Virus record (IMG/VR): IMGVR_UViG_3300045988_128133
DNA length: 64,000 nt
Strand: one strand, 5' to 3'
Source: a virus
The notes under the pieces are model-generated. The model searched no databases. It worked only from the letters and a program-made list of their open reading frames with translations, and was not told the DNA's origin. The translations under genes and the position numbers were made by a program. Below are positions 20,264 to 29,389 of this stretch, piece by piece. How positions within the stretch are numbered: the first letter of the stretch is position 1; every line of letters starts with the position of its first letter.

Positions 20264-20349
20264 TGGTCCTGTCCCTGCCATGACCGCCAAAGAACCCCTC
20301 AAATTCTTCCAAGAGAATAACGTTGCCATATTAACTACAAAACTACAAA

Positions 20350-21609
20350 ATGGCTACTACTTCTCCTAACGACATTCAGGCCCAGGAACTTAAGTTGGTT
20401 ACGATGACCAACCTTCTCAACGCTACCATGTACAGCACGTTTGCTCGTACATCTCCGTGGAACTCCCAGATGATTATGTCTGGCGAATGGACGGACGGCG
20501 TGGGTGACTCCGGGCGTATCGCAACCTTCGGTGCTACGGACCCCCGTCCCGAATGGATGAACATCAGTCTCGACTCCACCTCTGACCAGATTCCGATTAC
20601 GGTCAACCGTACGGGTGCCACCACCTATTCCTACAGCCGCTTCATTACGCGCCTGGCTTCTGAAAAACTGGACGTGCTTCGTATGCGCCAGTCCTGGCAG
20701 GCTCAACAGCAGGCTGAAAACATCGTCAAGCAGTTGGTGCGTGCCGTGGGTAACGCCTGGTCCCGTTTCTACCGTCAGAGCTACATCAACATTGCGTCCT
20801 ACAAGCTTATCCCCACGAAGGCTGGTATCGTCGGTCTCGACGTGGTGAGCAACGATATTAACTCCATGCCGGAAGTTAAGCCGGAAGCCGCGCTTAACGA
20901 CGACCTGATGAACCAGGCATGGCAGTTGCTCATTAACGAAGGAGCTGGCGACTCTGCCGCCTTCATGGACCAGGGTTCCCCTGTGTTCCTGGCCTACACC
21001 TCAAAAGATACGGTTGACTTCATCCTGCGTGAAAACCAGGTCATCCATAAGGACTGGAACTTTGCCGAAGCCGCTGAAGGCAAGGAAGCTACTCTGCTTC
21101 GTCAGCTGGGTGTGAAGTGGACGTACAAGGGCTTCACCTACGTCGTGGACAACATGAACCCCCGCTACACCTTCGACGACTCCAAGCCGACTGGTCAGAA
21201 GTGGGTTGAAGTTCCGCAGTACATCCCGGTCGAAACCACGGTGGGTACCCGCTATGTCCCGAACCCTGCCTACATGAACGCCCCGTATGAAGATACCATC
21301 ATCTTCGTGAAGGACGTGTACAAGTCTCTGGTTCCTCGCCCCGTGTCTGCCTACGGCCAGGCCAAGTGGGACCCCGTGACCTACGCTGGGGAACTCACCT
21401 GGGTGAACAACAAGGACAACGATGCCAACTACATGGGTACTCAGGGTCTGTTCGTGGCTACGCTGTCTGCGGCCCCGATGCCTGTCTTCCCGCGTCACGG
21501 TGTTGTCATTCGTCACATCCGCACGACCTCTGGTCGCAACCTCGTGGGTGCCGACGGTCAGCCCATTGGCTCTCTGGTCAGCACTCCGTCCGCTGTTGCT
21601 GGTCTGTAA
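20350..21609 (+). CDS. major capsid protein
   Basis: 419-aa ORF directly after scaffold and followed by a strong terminator. The call rests on position and size. Confidence 0.6.
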   Translation: MATTSPNDIQAQELKLVTMTNLLNATMYSTFARTSPWNSQMIMSGEWTDGVGDSGRIATFGATDPRPEWMNISLDSTSDQIPITVNRTGATTYSYSRFITRLASEKLDVLRMRQSWQAQQQAENIVKQLVRAVGNAWSRFYRQSYINIASYKLIPTKAGIVGLDVVSNDINSMPEVKPEAALNDDLMNQAWQLLINEGAGDSAAFMDQGSPVFLAYTSKDTVDFILRENQVIHKDWNFAEAAEGKEATLLRQLGVKWTYKGFTYVVDNMNPRYTFDDSKPTGQKWVEVPQYIPVETTVGTRYVPNPAYMNAPYEDTIIFVKDVYKSLVPRPVSAYGQAKWDPVTYAGELTWVNNKDNDANYMGTQGLFVATLSAAPMPVFPRHGVVIRHIRTTSGRNLVGADGQPIGSLVSTPSAVAGL

Positions 21610-21632
21610 TATAAACCCTTAACTCAGTAACC

Positions 21633-21672
21633 GGGGCGGGTGGGACATTCCTGCCCGCCCCAATTTTATTCT
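21633..21672 (+). terminator. rho-independent terminator GGGGCGGG-loop-CCCGCCCC + AATTTTATT
   Basis: 8-bp GC stem and T-rich tail right after the MCP stop. Confidence 0.7.
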
Positions 21673-21676
21673 CACA

Positions 21677-21946
21677 ATGAAGATTGCTTACGACCCTGAA
21701 AAATTTGGTGAACTTAAACCCGGCGATGACGTACAGGTCATGGGTGTCGGTATAGTTTCCGACGACGGTAAATCCATCGAAATCGTCTCCATCGAAGACC
21801 AGGAACTGGATGAAGAGGGTGACGATAAAGATGGCGATAAAGATGACGAAGAATCCCCCAAAGACGAAACCCAGGAAGAAACTGATGAAGAAATGGCTGA
21901 AGGTGCTGACCTTGATGCAATCATTGCTTCCGGCTTCGGCGCGTAA
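21677..21946 (+). CDS. small acidic protein
   Basis: 89-aa ORF with a D/E-rich middle (DEEGDDKDGDKDDEE). Confidence 0.5.
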   Translation: MKIAYDPEKFGELKPGDDVQVMGVGIVSDDGKSIEIVSIEDQELDEEGDDKDGDKDDEESPKDETQEETDEEMAEGADLDAIIASGFGA

Positions 21947-21964
21947 CTTAACCCTTTTACTCTA

Positions 21965-22492
21965 ATGGAAATCGACCTCCCAACCACTAAACCCATCGTA
22001 CTGACTCCCGGTGAAGAGAACATGCTCATCCCCGAAAGTGAAGGGGATTTCATCATTACCCTCACCAGCGACCGCGGCACGCCTACGGCAACTTTTACTG
22101 AGGATGACACTCCGAAGGCCCAAGGCACTTCCCTGTTTAATAGAGAGTTCAAACTCCATATTAAAACACAGGCAATCCTTGTCGTAAAGGAAACCGTAGC
22201 AGACACCGTAATTACTTTGTCGGTAGCAGAAGCTCCCGAAAGCAAGTATGGGACGGCGGCAGTCGCCCCTGGCGTTGCTCACCAGGTGAACTTTGTCCCA
22301 GACAGCAACAAGCCGGAAACCCAGTCTGCCGTCATCTACTTCGGCGAATCTGTACAGGCTTCTGTGCAGGAAGTTTTCGTACACGACGGAGATGTTGTCA
22401 TTCCCGCGCACGCCACAGCCCATGTACCTGTAGGTCACAGTATCACCATTACCCCGCTGGTTGAACAGACCAAAGCGGTGTCTCAAGCTTAA
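21965..22492 (+). CDS. virion structural protein (hypothetical)
   Basis: 175-aa ORF in the head/tail module. Confidence 0.45.
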   Translation: MEIDLPTTKPIVLTPGEENMLIPESEGDFIITLTSDRGTPTATFTEDDTPKAQGTSLFNREFKLHIKTQAILVVKETVADTVITLSVAEAPESKYGTAAVAPGVAHQVNFVPDSNKPETQSAVIYFGESVQASVQEVFVHDGDVVIPAHATAHVPVGHSITITPLVEQTKAVSQA

Positions 22493-22511
22493 CTCCTAAC
22501 TCATTTATTTT

Positions 22512-23486
22512 ATGCCTGCAACTAAACTTCCCATTCCTGCAACCAAGGCCGCCATCAACCGTGGCGAACTCTATCAACTGACGGGGCTTCAAAACGGTAC
22601 CCGGTACAAGTTTGAAGTCACCTCCACTAAGAGAGCCTTTGTAACCATTGCTGAAGATGAACAGCTGAAGAAGGTTCAAGCTGAAGGTTTCCTCGATGGA
22701 ACCGCTTATCACTTCTCGACAGAGGGCAGTCAAACCTCAGCCTATCTTCGCATTGACGCACTGGAAGGTGCCGAGATTGTGCTGAACATGAAAGCTGACC
22801 CGGTACCCGCACCTGAAGGAGCCCAGCTCCCGAAGGACCTTTCGCCTGATAAGTGGTACAGTGTTGAGAACCTTACGGAGAACACTCTGTACGAATTGAA
22901 GGTAAGCGCGGATGCTCCTGTAACCGTGTTCGTCAAGACTGGCGACCAGATTATAAGCGCGATTGAAGAGCCTCCCTTCACCACACAGGAAGGTTCTGTT
23001 CGATTCTATGCAACCGGAACGAATGCCTGGATTTACGTGGATGGGGCCGTTCCTGCAAATGTTGCCCTCGTTCCTGCAACAGGTATCGAAGGATTTACGA
23101 AGCCGCAAATTACGGCCCTCTCCAGCACGGTGACAGCCGTATCTCTCATGGGCCCTGCCCCTGCTGGGTACTACAGTGTTGAGTTCGTAACGCATGCGGA
23201 CGACCTCTCCTTCAAACAGGACCAGGTTCTTACAGTTGTTTCTCAGAATGTAGCCTTCTCTCTTCTGAACTCAGTTGCTTCTGACGGGCAGACTATGCAA
23301 CCTGCTTATCTTGCTAACAGTGAGTTCACTGGGAAAGACGTTCGAGGTAAGATTGTTTTCTCCCAGACCACGCCGCTTGGTGAAGGGCAGAGCGCACAGG
23401 TTCTTACCATTACGCCGCCCACGGGTGGGAACGCACAGCAGTACTCCGGCACGGCCATCATCACCTTTGCTGGGAATATCGCGTAA
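22512..23486 (+). CDS. virion structural protein (hypothetical)
   Basis: 324-aa ORF in the structural module. Confidence 0.45.
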   Translation: MPATKLPIPATKAAINRGELYQLTGLQNGTRYKFEVTSTKRAFVTIAEDEQLKKVQAEGFLDGTAYHFSTEGSQTSAYLRIDALEGAEIVLNMKADPVPAPEGAQLPKDLSPDKWYSVENLTENTLYELKVSADAPVTVFVKTGDQIISAIEEPPFTTQEGSVRFYATGTNAWIYVDGAVPANVALVPATGIEGFTKPQITALSSTVTAVSLMGPAPAGYYSVEFVTHADDLSFKQDQVLTVVSQNVAFSLLNSVASDGQTMQPAYLANSEFTGKDVRGKIVFSQTTPLGEGQSAQVLTITPPTGGNAQQYSGTAIITFAGNIA

Positions 23487-23519
23487 TACAGCAACTTAAA
23501 CCTTGACGGGCCCGACCCC

Positions 23520-25676
23520 ATGAGCTATAAGCTTTACCGGGCCGGGCCCAAATTATTTTCAATCATGAATATCAAAGAATACGTAAACGGTTCAGCTATC
23601 GAGCCGGGTGTAACTTACAAGATTGGAACCGCGGATGCCAATTCTGCGTGGACTCTAATCTCCGACCGTCCGATTCTCTTTAAGCTGTCAGCCACGGAAC
23701 CCACGGATTCCGAGTGGTCTAATGTAACTGAAGAGCAATACCTCATCAATGGTGCGCTCTCCAACCAGGTTCTTAAAATTGAATCACCTGCTGGAAAGTT
23801 CTTCGTCGTCCCCACTAATGCACAGGATTCCGCGGCTACCGTGGAATCCGCGTATGCCAAGGTCTCTCTCAAGCCCCTGGGGTTTGACTATGAGGACACG
23901 TATGAGGCACTGCCGCTGGAGGGCGATGGCCCCGTAGCCGAAGGCTTCTACAAGATTTCCAACCTTGAATCCGGCAAGCTCTACTCCATCAATGTATCTC
24001 CTGATGCTGGTGGTCTTAGAGCGAACAACCCTATCCCCGAATACGCCTTTGCCCTTTTCGCTGTAGATGGTTCGAACAATCCCAAGGCTCTTCTGGCCGC
24101 GGGGAATTCCGGTAAGCAACTGGTCTTCGTGGCTACCGAAGCTACGGCTATCATCAACCTCAGCTCCACCATTGAAGAGAGCGAGTTCTTTGTCAGCATC
24201 CGAAATTTTAGTGTAGGCTCTGGTGGTGGAAGCGGCTCTGGTTTTGACCCTGCGTCTGACCAGAACATTACCGGGGCCTGGTCTTTCTCCAATGTAACGG
24301 GCTTAACCATGGCTGATAACGCGGCCATTAAGCTGGGCACGGGAGACGACGCTGTTCAGATTAGAGGGTCGAGCAATGGAGCGGCGGTGATTGAGGGGAC
24401 AAACAAGTCCCATCTTGACATTGCTGTCCCCCTGAAATTGCAGAACCCGGTGACGGTAGATGATAGCCTCAACTTCATTGCCACTACTGGTGAGAAGATG
24501 AAGGCCATTCAGTTTGGCACAGCCGCGGGCATGGCTCGTTGCATTGTGTTTGAAGAGGCCAACAAATTCCTCAGCATTGCTAATCCTGCCAACGTTAACC
24601 AGAAGACGCTCACCATCGACGGTAGCGGCAATATCTGGTTCTATCTGGTAGAGAACCATAATGGACAGTGCAACTTCAACACAGAGGTGCGACTCAATAG
24701 CACGGTTTCAGTTGGCGGGGTTGCCTCGTTCAACAAGACCGTCAACGCGAACCAGGGGATAAACATCCCCCTGACCGTGGGAATCCCTACGGACACCTCC
24801 GTAGTGAACCGTGCCTATGCGGCAGGGTTGGGAACCATTGCCAATATTCTGTCCACTGAGGCCTATCTTAACACAGAGTCCCTGTCGGCTACACAAAGTG
24901 CGGCTATCACCAAGAACGTTCCTTACGCCAGTGCTGATATTCGAGTAAATAACGGAGCCCATTCTACCATTCAGGGAGAATTTCATGCTCGCAGTTTCCA
25001 GTGGAACTATTCCAGTTTTGCGGGTATCTCCTTTATTTGGAGGTGCACGGGGGCAAGTAAGCTCACCTTTGGCATTGGCCGTGGTAGCAAGGACATTCGC
25101 ACAGACCTGTCCATCAATTCGTACAGCATGATACCGGGCAGTTCCCTCGCATACAATCATGGGGAAATCTTTGACATCACCTTCGACAATTCCAGAGATT
25201 CTTCCCGTAATGGATATACTGTGAAGGTCCGGGAGATTTATGCTCTCTCCGCTGATACTGGCTGGAAGGTCAAGACGACTACCAGCTTCATTCCTGCAAC
25301 CAATAACGAACCCATACCGTGGACGGTATGCAAGGTCATTTACATGCAGGAGAAAGTTGCGGCAATAAATAAATACGAACCCACGGGAGCTATTTATCTC
25401 ATGGTCACAGGTGGGCAAGGGAATACCCTGTTCAAAATCGCCACCTGCCGGGGTATCTCCAACTTCGAGTCGGGTGTAGGCCTGAGCCGCTGGGTGACGG
25501 ACGTAGTGAATAATACCACCGGAAGTATTTCCGTAAGCGTTGGCAACGGCGACTACACCTTCTACCAACCAGGTGGTACCAACCCCGCGTACTACGCACT
25601 GAACGCTCTGGCCCGCGACTGTGTGGAAAGTGAAGATACCGCAGACTTCGCGGACATCAATGAACCTATTCAGTAA
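23520..25676 (+). CDS. tail fiber/structural protein (hypothetical)
   Basis: 718-aa ORF with a Gly-rich linker (GSGGGSGSGF). Confidence 0.45.
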   Translation: MSYKLYRAGPKLFSIMNIKEYVNGSAIEPGVTYKIGTADANSAWTLISDRPILFKLSATEPTDSEWSNVTEEQYLINGALSNQVLKIESPAGKFFVVPTNAQDSAATVESAYAKVSLKPLGFDYEDTYEALPLEGDGPVAEGFYKISNLESGKLYSINVSPDAGGLRANNPIPEYAFALFAVDGSNNPKALLAAGNSGKQLVFVATEATAIINLSSTIEESEFFVSIRNFSVGSGGGSGSGFDPASDQNITGAWSFSNVTGLTMADNAAIKLGTGDDAVQIRGSSNGAAVIEGTNKSHLDIAVPLKLQNPVTVDDSLNFIATTGEKMKAIQFGTAAGMARCIVFEEANKFLSIANPANVNQKTLTIDGSGNIWFYLVENHNGQCNFNTEVRLNSTVSVGGVASFNKTVNANQGINIPLTVGIPTDTSVVNRAYAAGLGTIANILSTEAYLNTESLSATQSAAITKNVPYASADIRVNNGAHSTIQGEFHARSFQWNYSSFAGISFIWRCTGASKLTFGIGRGSKDIRTDLSINSYSMIPGSSLAYNHGEIFDITFDNSRDSSRNGYTVKVREIYALSADTGWKVKTTTSFIPATNNEPIPWTVCKVIYMQEKVAAINKYEPTGAIYLMVTGGQGNTLFKIATCRGISNFESGVGLSRWVTDVVNNTTGSISVSVGNGDYTFYQPGGTNPAYYALNALARDCVESEDTADFADINEPIQ

Positions 25677-25681
25677 ACGAC

Positions 25682-26170
25682 ATGAACAACGCAGAGATTC
25701 AAATCCAATTCCCCGAACCTGGTATATGGACGGTGATGAGCATGTCCGCGGTTTATGCGGATGCCGATGGTTTCAACCGGGTAGATACCTATACACAAGA
25801 CACTCTCCCTCCTGAACAGATACCAGCCCTGGAAGCCGCGATTACTGCGATAGCCACGCTGGAAGAAGACTGGAGGGCAAGGCAGGTCTGGGCCCGACTG
25901 GTTACGGAAACCATAGTAACCGCGGAATCCGTGGAATCCGTGGAAACCATTCTTCTCACTGTCGAGGCTATCAACAAAAACGGAGGGACTCGAATGTTCC
26001 GGCCATCCGAATACGAACAATTTCGGCTGACGGACACAGGTTCCCTGTCCTTCTTTAAATACTTCACAACTAAACAACCATCAACCATTTATGGAGATAC
26101 AGGAACTTCTGAACCTACTCCTGCTCCTGAAGCGGTAAAGAAGGTTCGAAAGACTAGAAAGTCCAAGTAA
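25682..26170 (+). CDS. hypothetical protein
   Basis: 162-aa ORF. Confidence 0.45.
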   Translation: MNNAEIQIQFPEPGIWTVMSMSAVYADADGFNRVDTYTQDTLPPEQIPALEAAITAIATLEEDWRARQVWARLVTETIVTAESVESVETILLTVEAINKNGGTRMFRPSEYEQFRLTDTGSLSFFKYFTTKQPSTIYGDTGTSEPTPAPEAVKKVRKTRKSK

Positions 26171-26177
26171 ACCATGG

Positions 26178-26211
26178 GGGCCGGGGGAACAATCCTCCGG
26201 CCCTCTTTTGT
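26178..26211 (+). terminator. rho-independent terminator GGGCCGG-GGGAACAATCCT-CCGGCCC + TCTTTTGT
   Basis: Stem-loop plus T-tract after ORF 25682..26170. Confidence 0.6.
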
Positions 26212-26229
26212 CATACTAAAATAAACTTA

Positions 26230-26257
26230 TTGACAAAAGTAAAAATCCCTGTATGTT
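26230..26257 (+). promoter_or_regulatory. sigma70-like promoter TTGACA-16-TATGTT
   Basis: The consensus hexamers open the accessory island. Confidence 0.5.
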
Positions 26258-26264
26258 GATGCAC

Positions 26265-26585
26265 ATGGATAACAACCCATCCACAAAAAACATCGTAGTA
26301 GTTCAAGACATGACTAATGGTCTTAGCCATGTCATTGAAAGTGAAACCAACGGGGGAGAAGATGTGAAGAAGTACGTTTCTGTCGTGTCCCCCACGGCTC
26401 CCCGTCCAGTACCTCTGTCCCAAATGACCTGGGAGGAAGCGGAGATTGATGCTTTCTGTATCGTTCGGCTCCTCGACCCATCACTGTCCCCTGAACGGGA
26501 ACCTTCGGAGTCGGAATCACAAATTAAGAAAGAAGTGGAATTGACCATTAAATGTGCTAAGAAACGATTGAACAAACAAAACTAA
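26265..26585 (+). CDS. hypothetical protein (start moved to ATG 26265; ATG 26253 lies in the -10 box)
   Basis: In-frame ATG 12 nt downstream of the track start. Confidence 0.4.
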   Translation: MDNNPSTKNIVVVQDMTNGLSHVIESETNGGEDVKKYVSVVSPTAPRPVPLSQMTWEEAEIDAFCIVRLLDPSLSPEREPSESESQIKKEVELTIKCAKKRLNKQN

Positions 26586-26586
26586 A

Positions 26587-26994
26587 ATGGAAAAGCAAGA
26601 TAGATTCTTCCAGAGAGGAGACGAGGTGCGGTTCATCAACCGAGGCAGACCTCTCCCCAAACAGTTCAAGTATGATAAAACGTATATAGTAACTCGAAAT
26701 GAAACGGAAACTGGGCTAGTAGCTATTGAGGGTTTAGACTTCTCAAGTTTCATGTTGGAATTGGTTTCACCCGTTGAAAAGAACTTTCCTTTCGGATTTC
26801 AGGAAGCAGTAAAATACATGATGGAAGGACATATTCTGGAAAGATTGTCCCCTATACATAATGCTAGATTTCGGGTACGAATGATTGATGGGCACATTCA
26901 AAGCAGGCATAATGAATCTACTGACGACAGGGACTGGTGCTCTTGTGCGCTCGATGACGAAGATGTTATGTCCAGGTGGAAAATTGTTGACTAA
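26587..26994 (+). CDS. hypothetical protein, member of GD(E/K)VR(F/Y) beta-barrel-like paralog family
   Basis: The RGDEVRF motif is shared with ORFs 27037, 28386, 28737 and 52973. Confidence 0.45.
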   Translation: MEKQDRFFQRGDEVRFINRGRPLPKQFKYDKTYIVTRNETETGLVAIEGLDFSSFMLELVSPVEKNFPFGFQEAVKYMMEGHILERLSPIHNARFRVRMIDGHIQSRHNESTDDRDWCSCALDDEDVMSRWKIVD

Positions 26995-27026
26995 TTAACC
27001 AATTAACCAATTAACCAATTAACTAA
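26995..27026 (+). repeat. tandem 8-mer TTAACCAA x3 + TTAACTAA
   Basis: Perfect tandem octamers between the stop at 26994 and ATG 27037. Confidence 0.9.
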
Positions 27027-27036
27027 TTGAAACACA

Positions 27037-27609
27037 ATGAAGAGAGAAGATTGTAAACCGAACAAGATTGTCATGTTGAAAGGAGTCATTGACCATGATG
27101 ATAAAACTACAGTACGTCCTATTAAAGTGAACTTCATTCGCCCTGATGAGGACGAACCGCCTTATGCGTGGTTCGACCCGGACCAGTTGCTCGAAGTTAA
27201 GGAACCCACAATTAGCCGGACAAGAAAGTTCTGCAAGGGGGATAAGGTACGGTACGTTTCCAGTGGACGTATGGATTATATTAAGGTACCAAAAGCAGAT
27301 GAAGAGTATGTAGTCACTGTCTCTGAGTTGGATGGCTGGGTTAATATAAAGAACGACCAGTATGACAACTGCGTTAAATGGCATGACCTGGAACTCGTGG
27401 AACCCGTGGATTCCGTGGGTGAAAGGAACCCCTATGAAATCGGGGACTATGAAGGTGCTTATTTCCGCATCCAGCGTGATGGACGATATATCCATGAAAT
27501 CTGGTATAGTTCAAACCTGGGCAGTCCCTATACTAAAGCGGAAGCCCGCCAGATAGCGCAGGAACTCTGTGATGAATTAAACCGTAAGTACAACCCCTCA
27601 AACAATTAA
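27037..27609 (+). CDS. hypothetical protein (MKREDCK N-terminus; KGDKVRY family)
   Basis: 190-aa ORF. Its N-terminus and 5' flank are near-identical to ORF 52973. Confidence 0.5.
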   Translation: MKREDCKPNKIVMLKGVIDHDDKTTVRPIKVNFIRPDEDEPPYAWFDPDQLLEVKEPTISRTRKFCKGDKVRYVSSGRMDYIKVPKADEEYVVTVSELDGWVNIKNDQYDNCVKWHDLELVEPVDSVGERNPYEIGDYEGAYFRIQRDGRYIHEIWYSSNLGSPYTKAEARQIAQELCDELNRKYNPSNN

Positions 27610-27634
27610 ACCGTAAGTACAACCCCTCAAACAA
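27577..27634 (+). repeat. 29-nt perfect tandem duplication (TTAAACCGTAAGTACAACCCCTCAAACAA x2) spanning stop codon of ORF 27037..27609
   Basis: Two identical 29-mers at 27577-27605 and 27606-27634, followed by a partial TTAAACC. Confidence 0.9.
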
Positions 27635-27650
27635 TTAAACCCAACAAGAT

Positions 27651-28112
27651 ATGCCAATACTCAATCTTACAGTCAGCCAGTATATTGTCGTTGCCCTTCT
27701 CATCACCCTGTGGGCTTTCATTGCCCGCTGGGTTATGGCCTGGGTGAATGGCCGTAAAACGGAAGAGGTGAAAAAACTTTGGAAGAAGCAGGGGATAGAA
27801 ACCAACTCCTTCCGAACCCGCGGAAGCCAATACACTCTGTACGAGAAGGGAGCCATGGAACAAATGCATGATACTCTGGTCAACAGGTTTATGCACATTG
27901 TCTATGGAGCCTGCATCTTCTTCATTATGGTGGTCACGGCAGAAAGCATTTACTTCTTCATGACCCCAACTACTGTTGGTGCTTACTTCGCAGGGCTGGC
28001 AGTATGGCTCGCAGGAACTTTCTTCTGGTCTATCTTAGCTACCCAGTTTACTTACTACATCACCCTGCTGTGTGAAAAGCGCAGGCTGACAAATAATAAG
28101 CTTGACGAATAA
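27651..28112 (+). CDS. membrane protein (about 4 TM)
   Basis: 153-aa ORF with multiple hydrophobic helices. Confidence 0.5.
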   Translation: MPILNLTVSQYIVVALLITLWAFIARWVMAWVNGRKTEEVKKLWKKQGIETNSFRTRGSQYTLYEKGAMEQMHDTLVNRFMHIVYGACIFFIMVVTAESIYFFMTPTTVGAYFAGLAVWLAGTFFWSILATQFTYYITLLCEKRRLTNNKLDE

Positions 28113-28135
28113 AACTCCTATTACATAATAACTGC

Positions 28136-28399
28136 ATGTCACCAACACCAATCAAAGAGACGCTTAATTGTCCAGTGTGCGGCTTGCCCTTGTACCTATC
28201 TGACGACCTGTTTACGAAGGACCATCTGGGATATAGTTGCTATGAAGACCGTAATGTCTATTACTACGAATGCCCCGACTGTCCTCTGGCAACCGAATAT
28301 GGAGATACGGAAGAAGATGCTTGGGAGAAAGCTAAACAACTTGTAGATAAGTGTCTTGAAAAATTTAACCAGAAGGAGGCTTCCAATGGCGATGCTTAG
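28136..28399 (+). CDS. zinc-ribbon protein, paralog family A (CPVCG...)
   Basis: CPVCGLPL...CPDCP. Its N-terminus is homologous to the next two ORFs. Confidence 0.5.
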   Translation: MSPTPIKETLNCPVCGLPLYLSDDLFTKDHLGYSCYEDRNVYYYECPDCPLATEYGDTEEDAWEKAKQLVDKCLEKFNQKEASNGDA

Positions 28400-28718
28400 A
28401 TGCCCTGTATGTAACACTCCCCTAAAAGAATTCGAGGATTCCGCATACGAACTTAGTTCTGTAGGCTGTCCCCGGTGCGAATGGACTACGTTTAAAGCGT
28501 ACCCGGAAGAAGCGTGGAAGGCCGCTGAAAAATTTATCAACGAGTTCCCGCCCGCTATGCGGGTGCATCCAGGAGATAAGATTATCTACTTCGATAACCT
28601 GTATCATAGGGTAGGAGGAACCGTTATGGGGAAAGACCCGGTTACCATGCGAATCATACTCGAAGACGGAAGCACTACAGCTGACATGGTGTACAAATGG
28701 CCCTGGCAACTGAACTAG
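28386..28718 (+). CDS. zinc-ribbon + PGD beta-barrel protein, paralog family A
   Basis: ATG 28386 is preceded by GGAGG. CPVCNTPL...CPRCEW and FPPAMRVHPGDKII closely parallel ORF 28737 (FPPLMRVWPGDVVS; KWPWQL/KWPWEL). Confidence 0.5.
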   Translation: MAMLRCPVCNTPLKEFEDSAYELSSVGCPRCEWTTFKAYPEEAWKAAEKFINEFPPAMRVHPGDKIIYFDNLYHRVGGTVMGKDPVTMRIILEDGSTTADMVYKWPWQLN

Positions 28719-28736
28719 AAAGGAGAAAGGAGAATA

Positions 28737-29234
28737 GTGAAAACGTTTAAATGTCCCGTGTGCGGAGGCACCTTCGAACTGCAATCCGATTTGGCCTTCT
28801 ACGATTACCATGAAGCAACCTACGAACAGGTGCATTACTATGTCTGCGACACCTGTGCCCTCACTTCGGACTGGCAGTATATCGAAGATGAGGCGAGGAA
28901 AAAGCTGGAAGCCCTTATCCGCAGGTTTCCCCCTCTCATGAGGGTCTGGCCCGGGGATGTAGTTTCATGGGGAGTCCATCCCGTTACGGTTCTGGATAAG
29001 GATGTCCAGTGCGGAGAACTGCTGGTACTAGATTCTTATGGAAATAAACAGCTTCTTGAACAACGCGTCATTGATAAATGGCCATGGGAACTTGAACAGG
29101 AAAAGGAAGAGAGAAACTGCTATAACTGCAAATATAGCGCACTGTCTTGCAGGGACCATCCCTGTAACGCATGTTCGTCACCGGAAGCACCTGAGTGTTA
29201 TAAGTATTGGGAAGCTGAACCGAAAGAAAACTAA
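28737..29234 (+). CDS. zinc-ribbon + PGD beta-barrel protein with extra C-terminal Cys cluster, paralog family A
   Basis: GTG start after AAAGGAGAAAGGAG. CPVCGGTF...CDTC, then C-terminal CYNCK...CRDHPCNAC. Confidence 0.45.
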   Translation: MKTFKCPVCGGTFELQSDLAFYDYHEATYEQVHYYVCDTCALTSDWQYIEDEARKKLEALIRRFPPLMRVWPGDVVSWGVHPVTVLDKDVQCGELLVLDSYGNKQLLEQRVIDKWPWELEQEKEERNCYNCKYSALSCRDHPCNACSSPEAPECYKYWEAEPKEN

Positions 29235-29389
29235 TGCTATTCGACATCATATATTTGTTCGTCATATTGGCCACCATCGCTGTCTTTGGGTATTACTACT
29301 ACATGGCAGGCAAGGTGCAAGGAGTTCTTATGGCCCTCGAAATTTATCTGACGCACAACGACGAAAAGGAAAATGAAACTGACACCTGA
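29234..29389 (+). CDS. small single-TM protein (51 aa)
   Basis: ATG ORF with a hydrophobic N-terminus (LFDIIYLFVILATIAVFGYYYY) absent from the track. It overlaps the next start by 17 nt. Confidence 0.3.
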   Translation: MLFDIIYLFVILATIAVFGYYYYMAGKVQGVLMALEIYLTHNDEKENETDT

